45,980 nucleotides of DNA from a virus (lineage: Duplodnaviria; Heunggongvirae; Uroviricota; Caudoviricetes), in IMG/VR virus record IMGVR_UViG_2529292882_000016. The stretch is one strand, 5' to 3'. This document shows positions 28,131-35,620 of the stretch, piece by piece (within the stretch, counting starts at the first letter, position 1; each line of letters begins with the position of its first letter). The position numbers were made by a program, and so were the translations under genes. Below the pieces are notes generated by a model. That model saw only the letters and a list, made by a program, of their open reading frames with translations, made no database searches and was not told the origin of the DNA.

Positions 28131-28165
28131 AAGGACCGGCGGCTTAGCCGGTTCCTTTTTATTTT
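28131..28165. terminator. Bidirectional rho-independent terminator between the cassette and Q
   Basis: AAAAAGGACCGGCGGCTTAGCCGGTTCCTTTTTATTTT: GC stem flanked by an A-run and a T-run. Confidence 0.7.
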
Positions 28166-28503
28166 ATTACACAAAGGCATCCATCAATAAACCCCATTGC
28201 CGTTTGCATCTCTTTCCGTATTGTTCCATCTGAACATTTCCGTTTTTTAGCAATAGCGCGTAATGAGATACCAATAACAAAGTGAGCAATGATCAACTCA
28301 TACTCTTCGGGTTTATACTTTCGCAACCGAGCCACACAACCGTCTATCATGATACCTTCGTCATCATCACACTGGAGACGTGACTTTTTACCGTGTGGTA
28401 AAAGCCCCTTGAAGCCTGCTGCTATCGGCTGCCAGTCCACACCACTGTTATCTGCTGCAGCCCAGGCCCCCCAACGATCTAAAACTTCGTACATATCACG
28501 CAT
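28159..28503 (-). CDS. Late-gene antiterminator Q, QuuD-like (114 aa from ATG 28503)
   Basis: MRDMYEVLDRWGAWAAADNSGVDWQPIAAGFKGL... and the Cys-rich QCDDDEGIMIDGC closely resemble QuuD-type Q proteins as I recall them; start overlaps upstream stop. Confidence 0.8.
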   Translation of the reverse strand: MRDMYEVLDRWGAWAAADNSGVDWQPIAAGFKGLLPHGKKSRLQCDDDEGIMIDGCVARLRKYKPEEYELIIAHFVIGISLRAIAKKRKCSDGTIRKEMQTAMGFIDGCLCVIK

Positions 28504-28760
28504 CAGCGCAGTACCTCCTGCACCAGTTTTTCGAACTTTCCAACTTTGGTTTCCAGCTCTGCCACACAATCCACCAGCTCATCCACTGCTTTTTGTGCGC
28601 GGTGTTTCGCCTGCATCAGTTCCCTGAGCGCTGGCACCATATCCTTACGAATGGCATCTTTTGTTACGCCTGTCTTTTCCAGTTGTTCCGCCTGTCGTAA
28701 CATTTCCTGTGCCTGTTTACGTAATTGTTCAGGCGTAAAAGTCATGGTCTGGTTGTTCAA
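28503..28760 (-). CDS. Hypothetical protein (85 aa)
   Basis: Helical, between DnaB-like gene and Q; overlapping start/stop junctions. Confidence 0.45.
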   Translation of the reverse strand: MNNQTMTFTPEQLRKQAQEMLRQAEQLEKTGVTKDAIRKDMVPALRELMQAKHRAQKAVDELVDCVAELETKVGKFEKLVQEVLR

Positions 28761-30148
28761 AAGAAACGCTCCATCTTACTGCTGTCGGTTCGCTTATTGC
28801 TGTATCTGCGCGGCTGGGGCTGCTGCATTGGGGTGGAAAGAATCTGTGCGCTTTCCTGATCCACAGGCAGAAAATGTCCGTTATAAAAACGCCGGTAAAT
28901 CGTTCCCAGAGAACCGTTACGTTGTTTCGTGATATTGATTTCTGCGATGCCCCTGGCCTGCGTATCCGGGTTGTACACTTCATCCCTGTAAAGCATCAGA
29001 ATGATGTCTGCATCCGCCTCTATTTCTCCGGAATTTTTCAGGTCTGAGTTCATAGGGCGTTTATTGGGCCTGGACTCCACACCACGGGAAAGCTGGCTCA
29101 GCGCAATCAACGGAAAACCACCGGATTTTGCCAGGCCTTTAAGCCCCTTTGAGATTTCACCCACGGCAAGGTCATGACGCCCCGTGGTTCGGGTTTTTAT
29201 CAGCCCGAGATAATCAACCACCACCAGCGCCGTTTCCGGATGTTTAATCAGGTGATGTTTCGTTGTTGCGCATATCTCATCAATGGTCAGGTTCGCCTGG
29301 TCCACCATCCAGATATTGCGCCCGGTCATCCGCCCCACTCCTTGTGAGAAACGTGCCCAATCTTCGTCTTCAAAGTGAGTGACAGATTTCAGGCGTGATA
29401 CCGGCATTCCTCCAGCCGCAGATACCATGCGTTCACCAATCTGGATGTTCGCCATTTCCATTGTGAACAGAAGGACACCATGCCCCTGCTCAGTCACCTT
29501 GTCGATGATATCCAGCGCCAGTTCGGTTTTGCCCATTGACGGACGAGCCGCAATAAATACCAGATCGCCGGGCTCCATGCCGCCTGTTTTTGCGTCCAGT
29601 TCATCAATACCGGTCATCAACGTTCTGGATTTTTCCAGTCCCTGATTCCGGCATTCAACACGCTCAACCACTTCCGGAAGCACATCATCAATATGTACCG
29701 GCTGAATAACGCCCTTTTCCGTCGACAATGAGGCCATCATGTTCTGCGCATCCTTCAGGGCATCTTCAGCTGCTTCACAGGTATGCGCATCACGTAATTT
29801 CTGCAACGCCTCATTCAGCGTCTTTTCTGCATCACGCAGTGCGGCATTGCGACGCAACGCTGCAACATAGTGCTCCAGTGAAGACTTCACCCAGGTTTTA
29901 CGCCCGGTATCAGTAATCACCGGAGCAAGTTCCGGCATCTCATTGCACAGCAGCACAGGATCAATCACACCTGAAACACGAGCCTGTCTGCAGATGCCTG
30001 TGTAGATATCCCGATACGCTCGTACAGAAAAAACGTCCGCAGGTAGTGTGGCCAGAATATCCATCACTTCAGGATCTGCCCCACGCAGAAAGAACGCGCC
30101 AATGACAGCGCCTTCTAGGTCATCGTTACGCCAGACTGGTGTTGTCAT
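28757..30148 (-). CDS. Replicative DNA helicase, DnaB family (~463 aa from ATG 30148)
   Basis: Walker A-like AARPSMGKTELALD and RecA-like C-terminal domain; ATG at 30148 overlaps the stop of the loader-like gene (ATGA). Confidence 0.85.
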   Translation of the reverse strand: MTTPVWRNDDLEGAVIGAFFLRGADPEVMDILATLPADVFSVRAYRDIYTGICRQARVSGVIDPVLLCNEMPELAPVITDTGRKTWVKSSLEHYVAALRRNAALRDAEKTLNEALQKLRDAHTCEAAEDALKDAQNMMASLSTEKGVIQPVHIDDVLPEVVERVECRNQGLEKSRTLMTGIDELDAKTGGMEPGDLVFIAARPSMGKTELALDIIDKVTEQGHGVLLFTMEMANIQIGERMVSAAGGMPVSRLKSVTHFEDEDWARFSQGVGRMTGRNIWMVDQANLTIDEICATTKHHLIKHPETALVVVDYLGLIKTRTTGRHDLAVGEISKGLKGLAKSGGFPLIALSQLSRGVESRPNKRPMNSDLKNSGEIEADADIILMLYRDEVYNPDTQARGIAEINITKQRNGSLGTIYRRFYNGHFLPVDQESAQILSTPMQQPQPRRYSNKRTDSSKMERFF

Positions 30149-31032
30149 GCAGCCACACCTCTGATACGAGAACGGTAGCTGGGCCAGTTGAACGACAACC
30201 AGTTGCGCCCCCCGTCTGTGATCCTGTCGGCAATGCGGGGGCTGATGAACGCCCACAACTCTTCCGGTGAAAGGTTGCTGATCAGGATGGTGGGCAGGAT
30301 ACTTTCGTACCGGGCATTGATAATTTCCTGCAAAATAGCCATTTCAGCCGCGCTGCCAAACTGAACACCAACTTCGTCGATGATCAGCAAATCCATTGAC
30401 GCATAATGCTCAATAACTTCATCCGCTGTTTTTTCGCTGTCATTCCGCCAGCAGTTTTTCACAGCACGGGTAAGGCGCATCACGTCGGTGATCTCCACGC
30501 TGGCCAGATGATTACGGATGATGTGTTTTGCCATTGATACCGCCAGATGATTTTTCCCGGTACCGCAACTGCCAGTCATAACAAGACTGGTGCCGTTCTC
30601 CAGCATATCTGGCCAGTTCTCCGCATAGCGGCGACAGGCTGCAAGATTTCTGGCTGCGTCAGGATTAACCTCCAGATAGTTATCAAACTCACAGTCCCGA
30701 AAACGCAGGGCAATTCCGGCGTTATCAGTCAGCTCTTCCGCCTTGAGGGACGACAGCTCCATGGTCAAATCGTTGGCCTCAGCGATCAAGCAGTCAGGGC
30801 AGCATGAAATTTTTTCTCTGTCCTCGCCATTGCGATCGCTCCACACCAGTATATGCGTATGGTATTTACCGTGTTTTTCGCAATACCCGCGACCTTCACG
30901 CATCAGGCAGGAACGATAAGGCCATGGCTTTTCGCCCTTCTGAGCAAATGCAATCTCTGCCCGTAACTCATCCATTCGCGCCTGTAGTCTTGTTTGTTGT
31001 TCACGCAGGTTAAACGTCATCATCGCTGTCAC
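30145..31032 (-). CDS. DnaC/IstB-like AAA+ helicase loader with N-terminal Cys/His zinc-finger-like region (295 aa)
   Basis: Walker A GSCGTGKNHL and Walker B LLIIDEVG; between O-like and DnaB-like genes. Confidence 0.75.
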   Translation of the reverse strand: MTAMMTFNLREQQTRLQARMDELRAEIAFAQKGEKPWPYRSCLMREGRGYCEKHGKYHTHILVWSDRNGEDREKISCCPDCLIAEANDLTMELSSLKAEELTDNAGIALRFRDCEFDNYLEVNPDAARNLAACRRYAENWPDMLENGTSLVMTGSCGTGKNHLAVSMAKHIIRNHLASVEITDVMRLTRAVKNCWRNDSEKTADEVIEHYASMDLLIIDEVGVQFGSAAEMAILQEIINARYESILPTILISNLSPEELWAFISPRIADRITDGGRNWLSFNWPSYRSRIRGVAA

Positions 31033-31033
31033 C

Positions 31034-31858
31034 TCAGAATGTCAATTTGTCACTGGATTTACCGAATTTGTCAGACATGGCACCAAGGCCAGACAGGACA
31101 TCGACCTGTCGCTGTCGCCCACCTCCGGGAGCGGCTGGCTGTTGCCAGAAATCTTCGAAGTGACGATCGGGGCCAAAGAACGTCGCAGCCTGCTTCACGA
31201 ACTGTGTGCCGGTATTTCCTGTAGCACGTACCCAGGCGGCATAACGTCTCACACCATCAAGCATGGTCTCCGGTTTTATTCCCTCCCTGAGACGGGCTTT
31301 CCAGGCTTTGAAGGCTGCTGACTTGGAATTGCCACCAGCACGTTTGGGATATTCCTGCCAGACCTGTTCAAATTCCGGTGAATATTCCTGTCGGGCGGAA
31401 CGCGCTGGTGCAGACGCGTCAGCGGATGCGCCAATAGTTGATTCATTGACTGGTTCTTTGACTGGTTCAAAAGAGTGACTGGTTCTGGGTGAATCTCCTG
31501 CACTACCCCCTGGTGCAACTCCTGCACCACCTGGTGAATTTGCTGCACTAGGTAGTGAATTATTTGCACTACCACCTGGTGAATCTTTTGCACCATCAAG
31601 ACGAAGAAGATAAATATTGCTCGAGTTCCCTTTTTCACCTTTCCGGGAAACTTTTTTTACCAGTCCGGATTCACAAAGAGCCGTAATATGATTCATCACA
31701 GAACGTTTGCTAATCTCGCACTGATCAGCAATATGCTGATAGCTGGGCCAGCACTCGCCCTGATCGCTGGCATTATCAGCCAGCTTAATCAGAACCAGTT
31801 TTCGCAACGGATTTCCCACGCGAATTTTCATCGCTTTCACCATCAGCTCCATGCTCAT
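31034..31858 (-). CDS. Replication initiation protein, O-like, N-terminal winged HTH (274 aa)
   Basis: HTH-like N-terminus; central Gly/Ser/Pro linker encoded by the iteron array; first gene of the replication module. Confidence 0.6.
   Translation of the reverse strand: MSMELMVKAMKIRVGNPLRKLVLIKLADNASDQGECWPSYQHIADQCEISKRSVMNHITALCESGLVKKVSRKGEKGNSSNIYLLRLDGAKDSPGGSANNSLPSAANSPGGAGVAPGGSAGDSPRTSHSFEPVKEPVNESTIGASADASAPARSARQEYSPEFEQVWQEYPKRAGGNSKSAAFKAWKARLREGIKPETMLDGVRRYAAWVRATGNTGTQFVKQAATFFGPDRHFEDFWQQPAAPGGGRQRQVDVLSGLGAMSDKFGKSSDKLTF
31447..31620. repeat. Candidate replication origin: three TGACTGGTTC repeats plus about four ~21-bp iterons with core CACCACCTGGTGAAT, inside the O-like gene
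   Basis: TGACTGGTTC at 31447, 31459, 31476; iterons CTGCACTACCCCCTGGTGCAACT, CCTGCACCACCTGGTGAATTTG, CTGCACTAGGTAGTGAATTATTTG, CACTACCACCTGGTGAATCTTTT at 31498..31589. Confidence 0.5.
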
Positions 31859-32079
31859 AACACACCTCCCAGGCGTTTAAACATTTTTCCGGACTGAAAC
31901 ACCGCCAGTGGATAACTGATGGTGTAGTTACGCCCCAGTAATTCACACACAACTTTCTGGCTTTCGGTGCTGACCAGGCAAACCCGCAGAACGTGACCGT
32001 TGCTGGTGGCGAACCACTGCCCCACACGGGGGCAACGGTTGTATCGGTGATACAGGGAATTAACGATGCGACGAATCAT
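31855..32079 (-). CDS. Hypothetical protein (74 aa)
   Basis: ORF with start overlapping upstream stop; no motif recognised. Confidence 0.35.
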   Translation of the reverse strand: MIRRIVNSLYHRYNRCPRVGQWFATSNGHVLRVCLVSTESQKVVCELLGRNYTISYPLAVFQSGKMFKRLGGVL

Positions 32080-32285
32080 GGGCGCACCTCCGCCGTAGTG
32101 ATGTATTTAACCGGACTGCTTTTCATTGCGATGGTTTCACACATCTCCGCTGCTTTACGTTCCGCTGTTTTCCTGGATTTATAGCGGCGGTGCCAGACAG
32201 ATGTATCCGTGCGAACTGATACATCGTTTCTGTATTCCGTTGTAGAAATAATAATTTCGTAACTAATCATGGACGCGCCTCCCAT
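32076..32285 (-). CDS. Hypothetical protein (69 aa)
   Basis: ORF only; start may be the internal ATG at 32270. Confidence 0.35.
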   Translation of the reverse strand: MGGASMISYEIIISTTEYRNDVSVRTDTSVWHRRYKSRKTAERKAAEMCETIAMKSSPVKYITTAEVRP

Positions 32286-32929
32286 TGATTACGGCGGAAA
32301 GCAGTGTGATTCAGGCTGGTTTCAGCCTCATGGAATGCTTCAATACAGCTCTCGTAGTACCGCATTGTGCGCAGACTTAACCCAAGCTGAAGCATCATCA
32401 GGCCATCAAGGGTGATGTAATAACCACGCAGGGAGTCACCATAGATGTGATAAGTGCCCGGTATGAAATTGCGGGTAAAAAAATCGCGCGAGCAGTTCAG
32501 ATACTCGATTTTGTCGACGATGTTCTGGTGCATGCGCTTGAAGTGGCAGGCAACATGCAGGGAGAAAATAACAGCTTTGCCGTTGACGACTTCGATTTTC
32601 AGGTATGGGGAAGTTGGGACTGTAGCCATGATGGCAGCCTCCGTATGCAATGGATAACTTCCACCACCGGAGCTGCGAAACTCATGGGTGGTGAACTGAA
32701 CAGGGTTCGCAGTACCGGCGCATACGGAAACCGGCGAGCCTTTCGGCTCCCCTGCCCAGCCCACCATAATTCTGGCGTGCGCGAGCATGGACGATAAAAA
32801 AGACGCTGGCGCGTCGTATATCGCCGTATGCAATTCCGGGCTGCGACCCCCGGCACCCGCTTTATAAGGTGCAGAGACAGTGTAACGTCCCGAAATTGCA
32901 GAATCAATATTTAGGCTTGAAACATTCAT
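32267..32929 (-). CDS. Hypothetical early protein (220 aa)
   Basis: Long ORF in the early-right operon; no motif recognised. Confidence 0.45.
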   Translation of the reverse strand: MNVSSLNIDSAISGRYTVSAPYKAGAGGRSPELHTAIYDAPASFLSSMLAHARIMVGWAGEPKGSPVSVCAGTANPVQFTTHEFRSSGGGSYPLHTEAAIMATVPTSPYLKIEVVNGKAVIFSLHVACHFKRMHQNIVDKIEYLNCSRDFFTRNFIPGTYHIYGDSLRGYYITLDGLMMLQLGLSLRTMRYYESCIEAFHEAETSLNHTAFRRNQWEARP

Positions 32930-32953
32930 ATGCTTACTGGTATTTTTACTAAC

Positions 32954-33044
32954 GCAAATGTTCTTGGATGTTACTGGCTTACTTCTTTTGTGAAGTTGCC
33001 TTTACTAACGTTGAGCGAGCCGGGTCACTCCCCGGCTTTTTTTT
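32954..33044 (+). ncRNA. Candidate OOP-like antisense small RNA (~90 nt)
   Basis: Promoter-like -35 TTGAAA (32917..32922), 18-bp spacer, -10 TATTTT (32941..32946), ending in terminator GCCGGG-TCACTC-CCCGGC plus T8 (33019..33044); plus strand in an intergenic gap of the minus-strand operon. Confidence 0.25.
33019..33044 (+). terminator. Rho-independent terminator (GCCGGG/CCCGGC stem plus T8) on the plus strand
   Basis: Hairpin and eight T residues read directly; no plus-strand protein gene lies upstream. Confidence 0.55.
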
Positions 33045-33793
33045 CACCGCTGCCAACCAATAACCTGAAATAACCCCATTTTCGGGTGATACCAGCGAGT
33101 CCCTCGCGGTTCTGCTTCCTCCATAACCCGATAAAAAGCAGCCATAAACGGTTCCACAGCAACAATTGCGCGACGTGATAACAATCCGTCCGGCGTCATA
33201 AACTCGTGGGTATCTGTAGGAATTTGATAGGCGTTCACCAGATTGCGGCATTTATCATCTGACAAACCGGTTTTTGCTTTCAGTTGGCGATATCCGGCAT
33301 AGCCCTCACGAATGGTACCCCTTTTGATTTGCTCAACTGTTTCGGCAACATGGCTGACTTTTTCTTCCACCTGAGTGATCCGTTTCTGCTGACGAACGGC
33401 TTCAAGAGCCATCGCAGCAACCATTTCGATTTCGCTCATTGGCTTACGGATCTGTTCTTCCAGTTCGCGCCAGCGATCTACCAGGCGAGCAGTGAATTCA
33501 GGACAGAGCTGTGCGACGACAATGATGCTGTCTCGCTTACCTTGTTCTCCTTCAAACAGGTAATGCTCATATTGAACTTTAAAACCTAAGTTATTGATTT
33601 TCTCGGAAACAGCCATTGGCGGTTTCCGGATGATGTTTTTAGCAACCAGGCGTTCGATACTACGTTTAACATCTGAGTGCTGACTACCCACCAGCTCTGC
33701 GATCTCAACGCTGGTCATGGATGCTTTATCGTTAAAAATTGCGGTGTTCACTGCCATCTCCTTACGGATAAATTCTTTTGAGATTCCGCACAT
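33044..33793 (-). CDS. Rha-family phage regulatory protein (249 aa; start uncertain)
   Basis: N-terminal MTSVEIAELVGSQHSDVKRSIERL typical of the Rha family; candidate starts at 33793 and 33757. Confidence 0.65.
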   Translation of the reverse strand: MCGISKEFIRKEMAVNTAIFNDKASMTSVEIAELVGSQHSDVKRSIERLVAKNIIRKPPMAVSEKINNLGFKVQYEHYLFEGEQGKRDSIIVVAQLCPEFTARLVDRWRELEEQIRKPMSEIEMVAAMALEAVRQQKRITQVEEKVSHVAETVEQIKRGTIREGYAGYRQLKAKTGLSDDKCRNLVNAYQIPTDTHEFMTPDGLLSRRAIVAVEPFMAAFYRVMEEAEPRGTRWYHPKMGLFQVIGWQR

Positions 33794-33870
33794 TCGTACT
33801 TGTTGGTGCCGAACCTTCCTTCCGTTATCCTTTTGATCCCTATAAACAAAAGAACCAAAGGAGGTTCGAC

Positions 33871-34326
33871 ATGAATTTAATGAACGTCTATGAAAAAATT
33901 GAGAATCACCTACTAGCTATCTATAAAATCAGCCCACACGATCGTGAGACGGGTAACTTGGTAAAATGCAGAGCAGTCAAACTAACTCAGCTTTATTTAC
34001 TTGTTTACAAACACGCCAATACCTCATTTATCAGGTCCAGCCATAAGATCTCGTTATCAGAATTGATATACACAGCAAGTGGTAAGTTAATTGCAGAACC
34101 ACAATCTGTTCCCCCAGCACTTGTTCTTCTCATCCTAAAAGAACAGCTTAATCAGCTTGCAAATGACCCCGACAATCTGCTTGTTGGAGTAGAGAACAAG
34201 CTGAAAGAATGGCTTTTTGAGCGCCTTGAATGGCACCAACAACTTTGTTCAGAGTTGCCAACTCTTCCTGAATTGCGCTGGAGTGATCTTCCGAATGAAT
34301 TATTTGGTCTGAAACAAGAAAGCTGA
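33871..34326 (+). CDS. Hypothetical AT-rich protein (151 aa), opposite orientation within the early region
   Basis: Strong RBS AAGGAGG 6 nt upstream of ATG 33871; followed by a 12-bp perfect hairpin at 34349..34380. Confidence 0.5.
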   Translation: MNLMNVYEKIENHLLAIYKISPHDRETGNLVKCRAVKLTQLYLLVYKHANTSFIRSSHKISLSELIYTASGKLIAEPQSVPPALVLLILKEQLNQLANDPDNLLVGVENKLKEWLFERLEWHQQLCSELPTLPELRWSDLPNELFGLKQES

Positions 34327-34540
34327 TTCTGGGTTCTAAATCTTTCAATACAGAGCGCAGCGAATGCTCTGCGCTCTGTAGTTTCAACAAGGTGTGTTCG
34401 GTCGCCAAACCAGCAATTTCTGCATTGTTAGCCAAGTGAATAATCCATTCACGCAGTTCACTAGGTGTAAGATCCCCTGCATTGATACATGGAGCCTTTT
34501 TCACTGCTTCATTATTACTATGCTGCATATCTCTTCCCAT
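34148..34540 (-). CDS. Hypothetical protein (130 aa) coupled to the cro-like gene; 3' half overlaps the plus-strand gene
   Basis: ATG at 34540 overlaps the stop of the upstream cro-like ORF; 179-nt antisense overlap with 33871..34326 makes its full extent doubtful. Confidence 0.3.
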   Translation of the reverse strand: MGRDMQHSNNEAVKKAPCINAGDLTPSELREWIIHLANNAEIAGLATEHTLLKLQSAEHSLRSVLKDLEPRISFLVSDQIIHSEDHSSAIQEELATLNKVVGAIQGAQKAILSACSLLQQADCRGHLQAD

Positions 34541-34749
34541 CACTTCTCATCCTCTGTGTGCGCTAAGCTTGGATGTGTATATGGAATGTTCGGATCCAGA
34601 TGGCAGAGAATGGCAACATCCTCCGGAACGCCCCGCGTTTTCCACTTTCCAACTCCCTGACTACCACGAGGCCTTCCTTTCTTTGGGAACCTGCGGCCAA
34701 TAGCGGCATTGGTCTTAAATTGAGTTTTTAATATTTCATAAAGGGTCAT
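34540..34749 (-). CDS. Cro-like small regulator (69 aa)
   Basis: First gene leftward of the divergent promoter region opposite the cI-like gene; basic; GAGG RBS. No sequence similarity to lambda Cro recognised. Confidence 0.4.
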   Translation of the reverse strand: MTLYEILKTQFKTNAAIGRRFPKKGRPRGSQGVGKWKTRGVPEDVAILCHLDPNIPYTHPSLAHTEDEK

Positions 34750-34759
34750 TCTTTAGCCT

Positions 34760-34840
34760 CACACTGGATACTCTGTTATCCAAGAATGTTAAACGCGAGA
34801 ACCCAAAGTATCAAGAAATTCTGTTACTTTAGTATCAGCA
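34760..34840. promoter_or_regulatory. Divergent promoter/operator region (OR-like) with repeated GTATC/GATAC half-sites
   Basis: GGATACTCTGTTATCC (34766..34781), AGTATCA at 34807 and 34831, TCTGTTAC at 34822; between the divergently transcribed cro-like and cI-like genes. Confidence 0.4.
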
Positions 34841-34860
34841 GCCATGAAAGGAGAAGAAAA

Positions 34861-35517
34861 ATGAAATCTTTAGGTGAACGCCTCATCAACGCACGACAAA
34901 AAGCTGGGTTAACGCAAGATGCGTTGGCTAAAAAAGCAGGGGTCACCAGAGTTGCAATCAGTAAAGCCGAGCAAGGCCTTACAAAAAGTTTCAACGGTGA
35001 CACCCTTTTTAAAGTCGCAGCTGCACTGCAGTGTTCACCGCAGTGGCTTCAGAACGGAGATGAAAAAGATAAGCATTGGGAAAATAATGTTAAGAGCTGC
35101 CCACAGAGAGACACAGCACACTCTTACCCTGTAATTAACTGGGTTCAGGCAGGATTATTCGCAACTGCTGGTGATGACTACAACATGTATGATCAGGATA
35201 ATTGGAGGCATTCTGTAAAATACGCTGGTGAGAGGGGGTTCTGGCTGGAAGTGCACGGAGACTCAATGACTTCGCCCGTAGGAATAACATTTCCTGAAGG
35301 AATGTCGATCCTTGTCAACCCAGATAAAGAAGTTTTTTCAGGGTGTTACGTCATCGCCAGAAAAAAATCTACCAATGAAGCAACATTCAAAAAATATATT
35401 TCTGAAATGGGAAAGGCGTTTCTAAAGCCCCTTAATCCACAATATCCAATCATAGAAATGGACAATGATTGCGAAATAGTAGGTGTTGTGGTTGATGCCA
35501 GGTGGGATATTTTCTGA
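34861..35517 (+). CDS. cI-type repressor, HTH plus LexA-like S24 peptidase domain (218 aa from ATG 34861)
   Basis: N-terminal HTH (LTQDALAKKAGVTRVAISKAEQG) and C-terminal S24-like region (WLEVHGDSMTSPVGITFPEGM...VIARKK...); AAGGAG RBS. Confidence 0.85.
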   Translation: MKSLGERLINARQKAGLTQDALAKKAGVTRVAISKAEQGLTKSFNGDTLFKVAAALQCSPQWLQNGDEKDKHWENNVKSCPQRDTAHSYPVINWVQAGLFATAGDDYNMYDQDNWRHSVKYAGERGFWLEVHGDSMTSPVGITFPEGMSILVNPDKEVFSGCYVIARKKSTNEATFKKYISEMGKAFLKPLNPQYPIIEMDNDCEIVGVVVDARWDIF

Positions 35518-35539
35518 CCAGACACAAAACACAAAAAGA

Positions 35540-35620
35540 AACCAAAGTATCAAAAATCACTTGCCATACCTTGATACCTTAGTTACCATGAAGCAAGGTT
35601 CGTAACTGAGGTATCATCTC
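35540..35620. promoter_or_regulatory. Second operator-like cluster (OL-like) with the same GTATC/GATAC half-sites
   Basis: AGTATCA (35546), TTGATACC (35571), GTAACTGAGGTATCA (35602..35616) immediately upstream of the early-left operon. Confidence 0.35.

Noticed and set aside
28546-28932. 128-aa plus-strand ORF antisense to the Q/DnaB-like junction
   Set aside because: Cys/Ala-rich low-complexity translation fully antisense to well-supported minus-strand genes; no RBS.
31498-31589. Possible CRISPR-like array suggested by regularly spaced direct repeats
   Set aside because: Repeats are only ~21 bp, contiguous without unique spacers, lie inside a coding gene next to replication genes and show internal dyad symmetry typical of ori iterons; no cas genes are present.
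31276-31638. 120-aa minus-strand ORF in an alternative frame within the O-like gene
   Set aside because: Its His/Gln/Val-rich repetitive translation is a by-product of the iteron array read in another frame; the O-like frame has the HTH domain and operon context.
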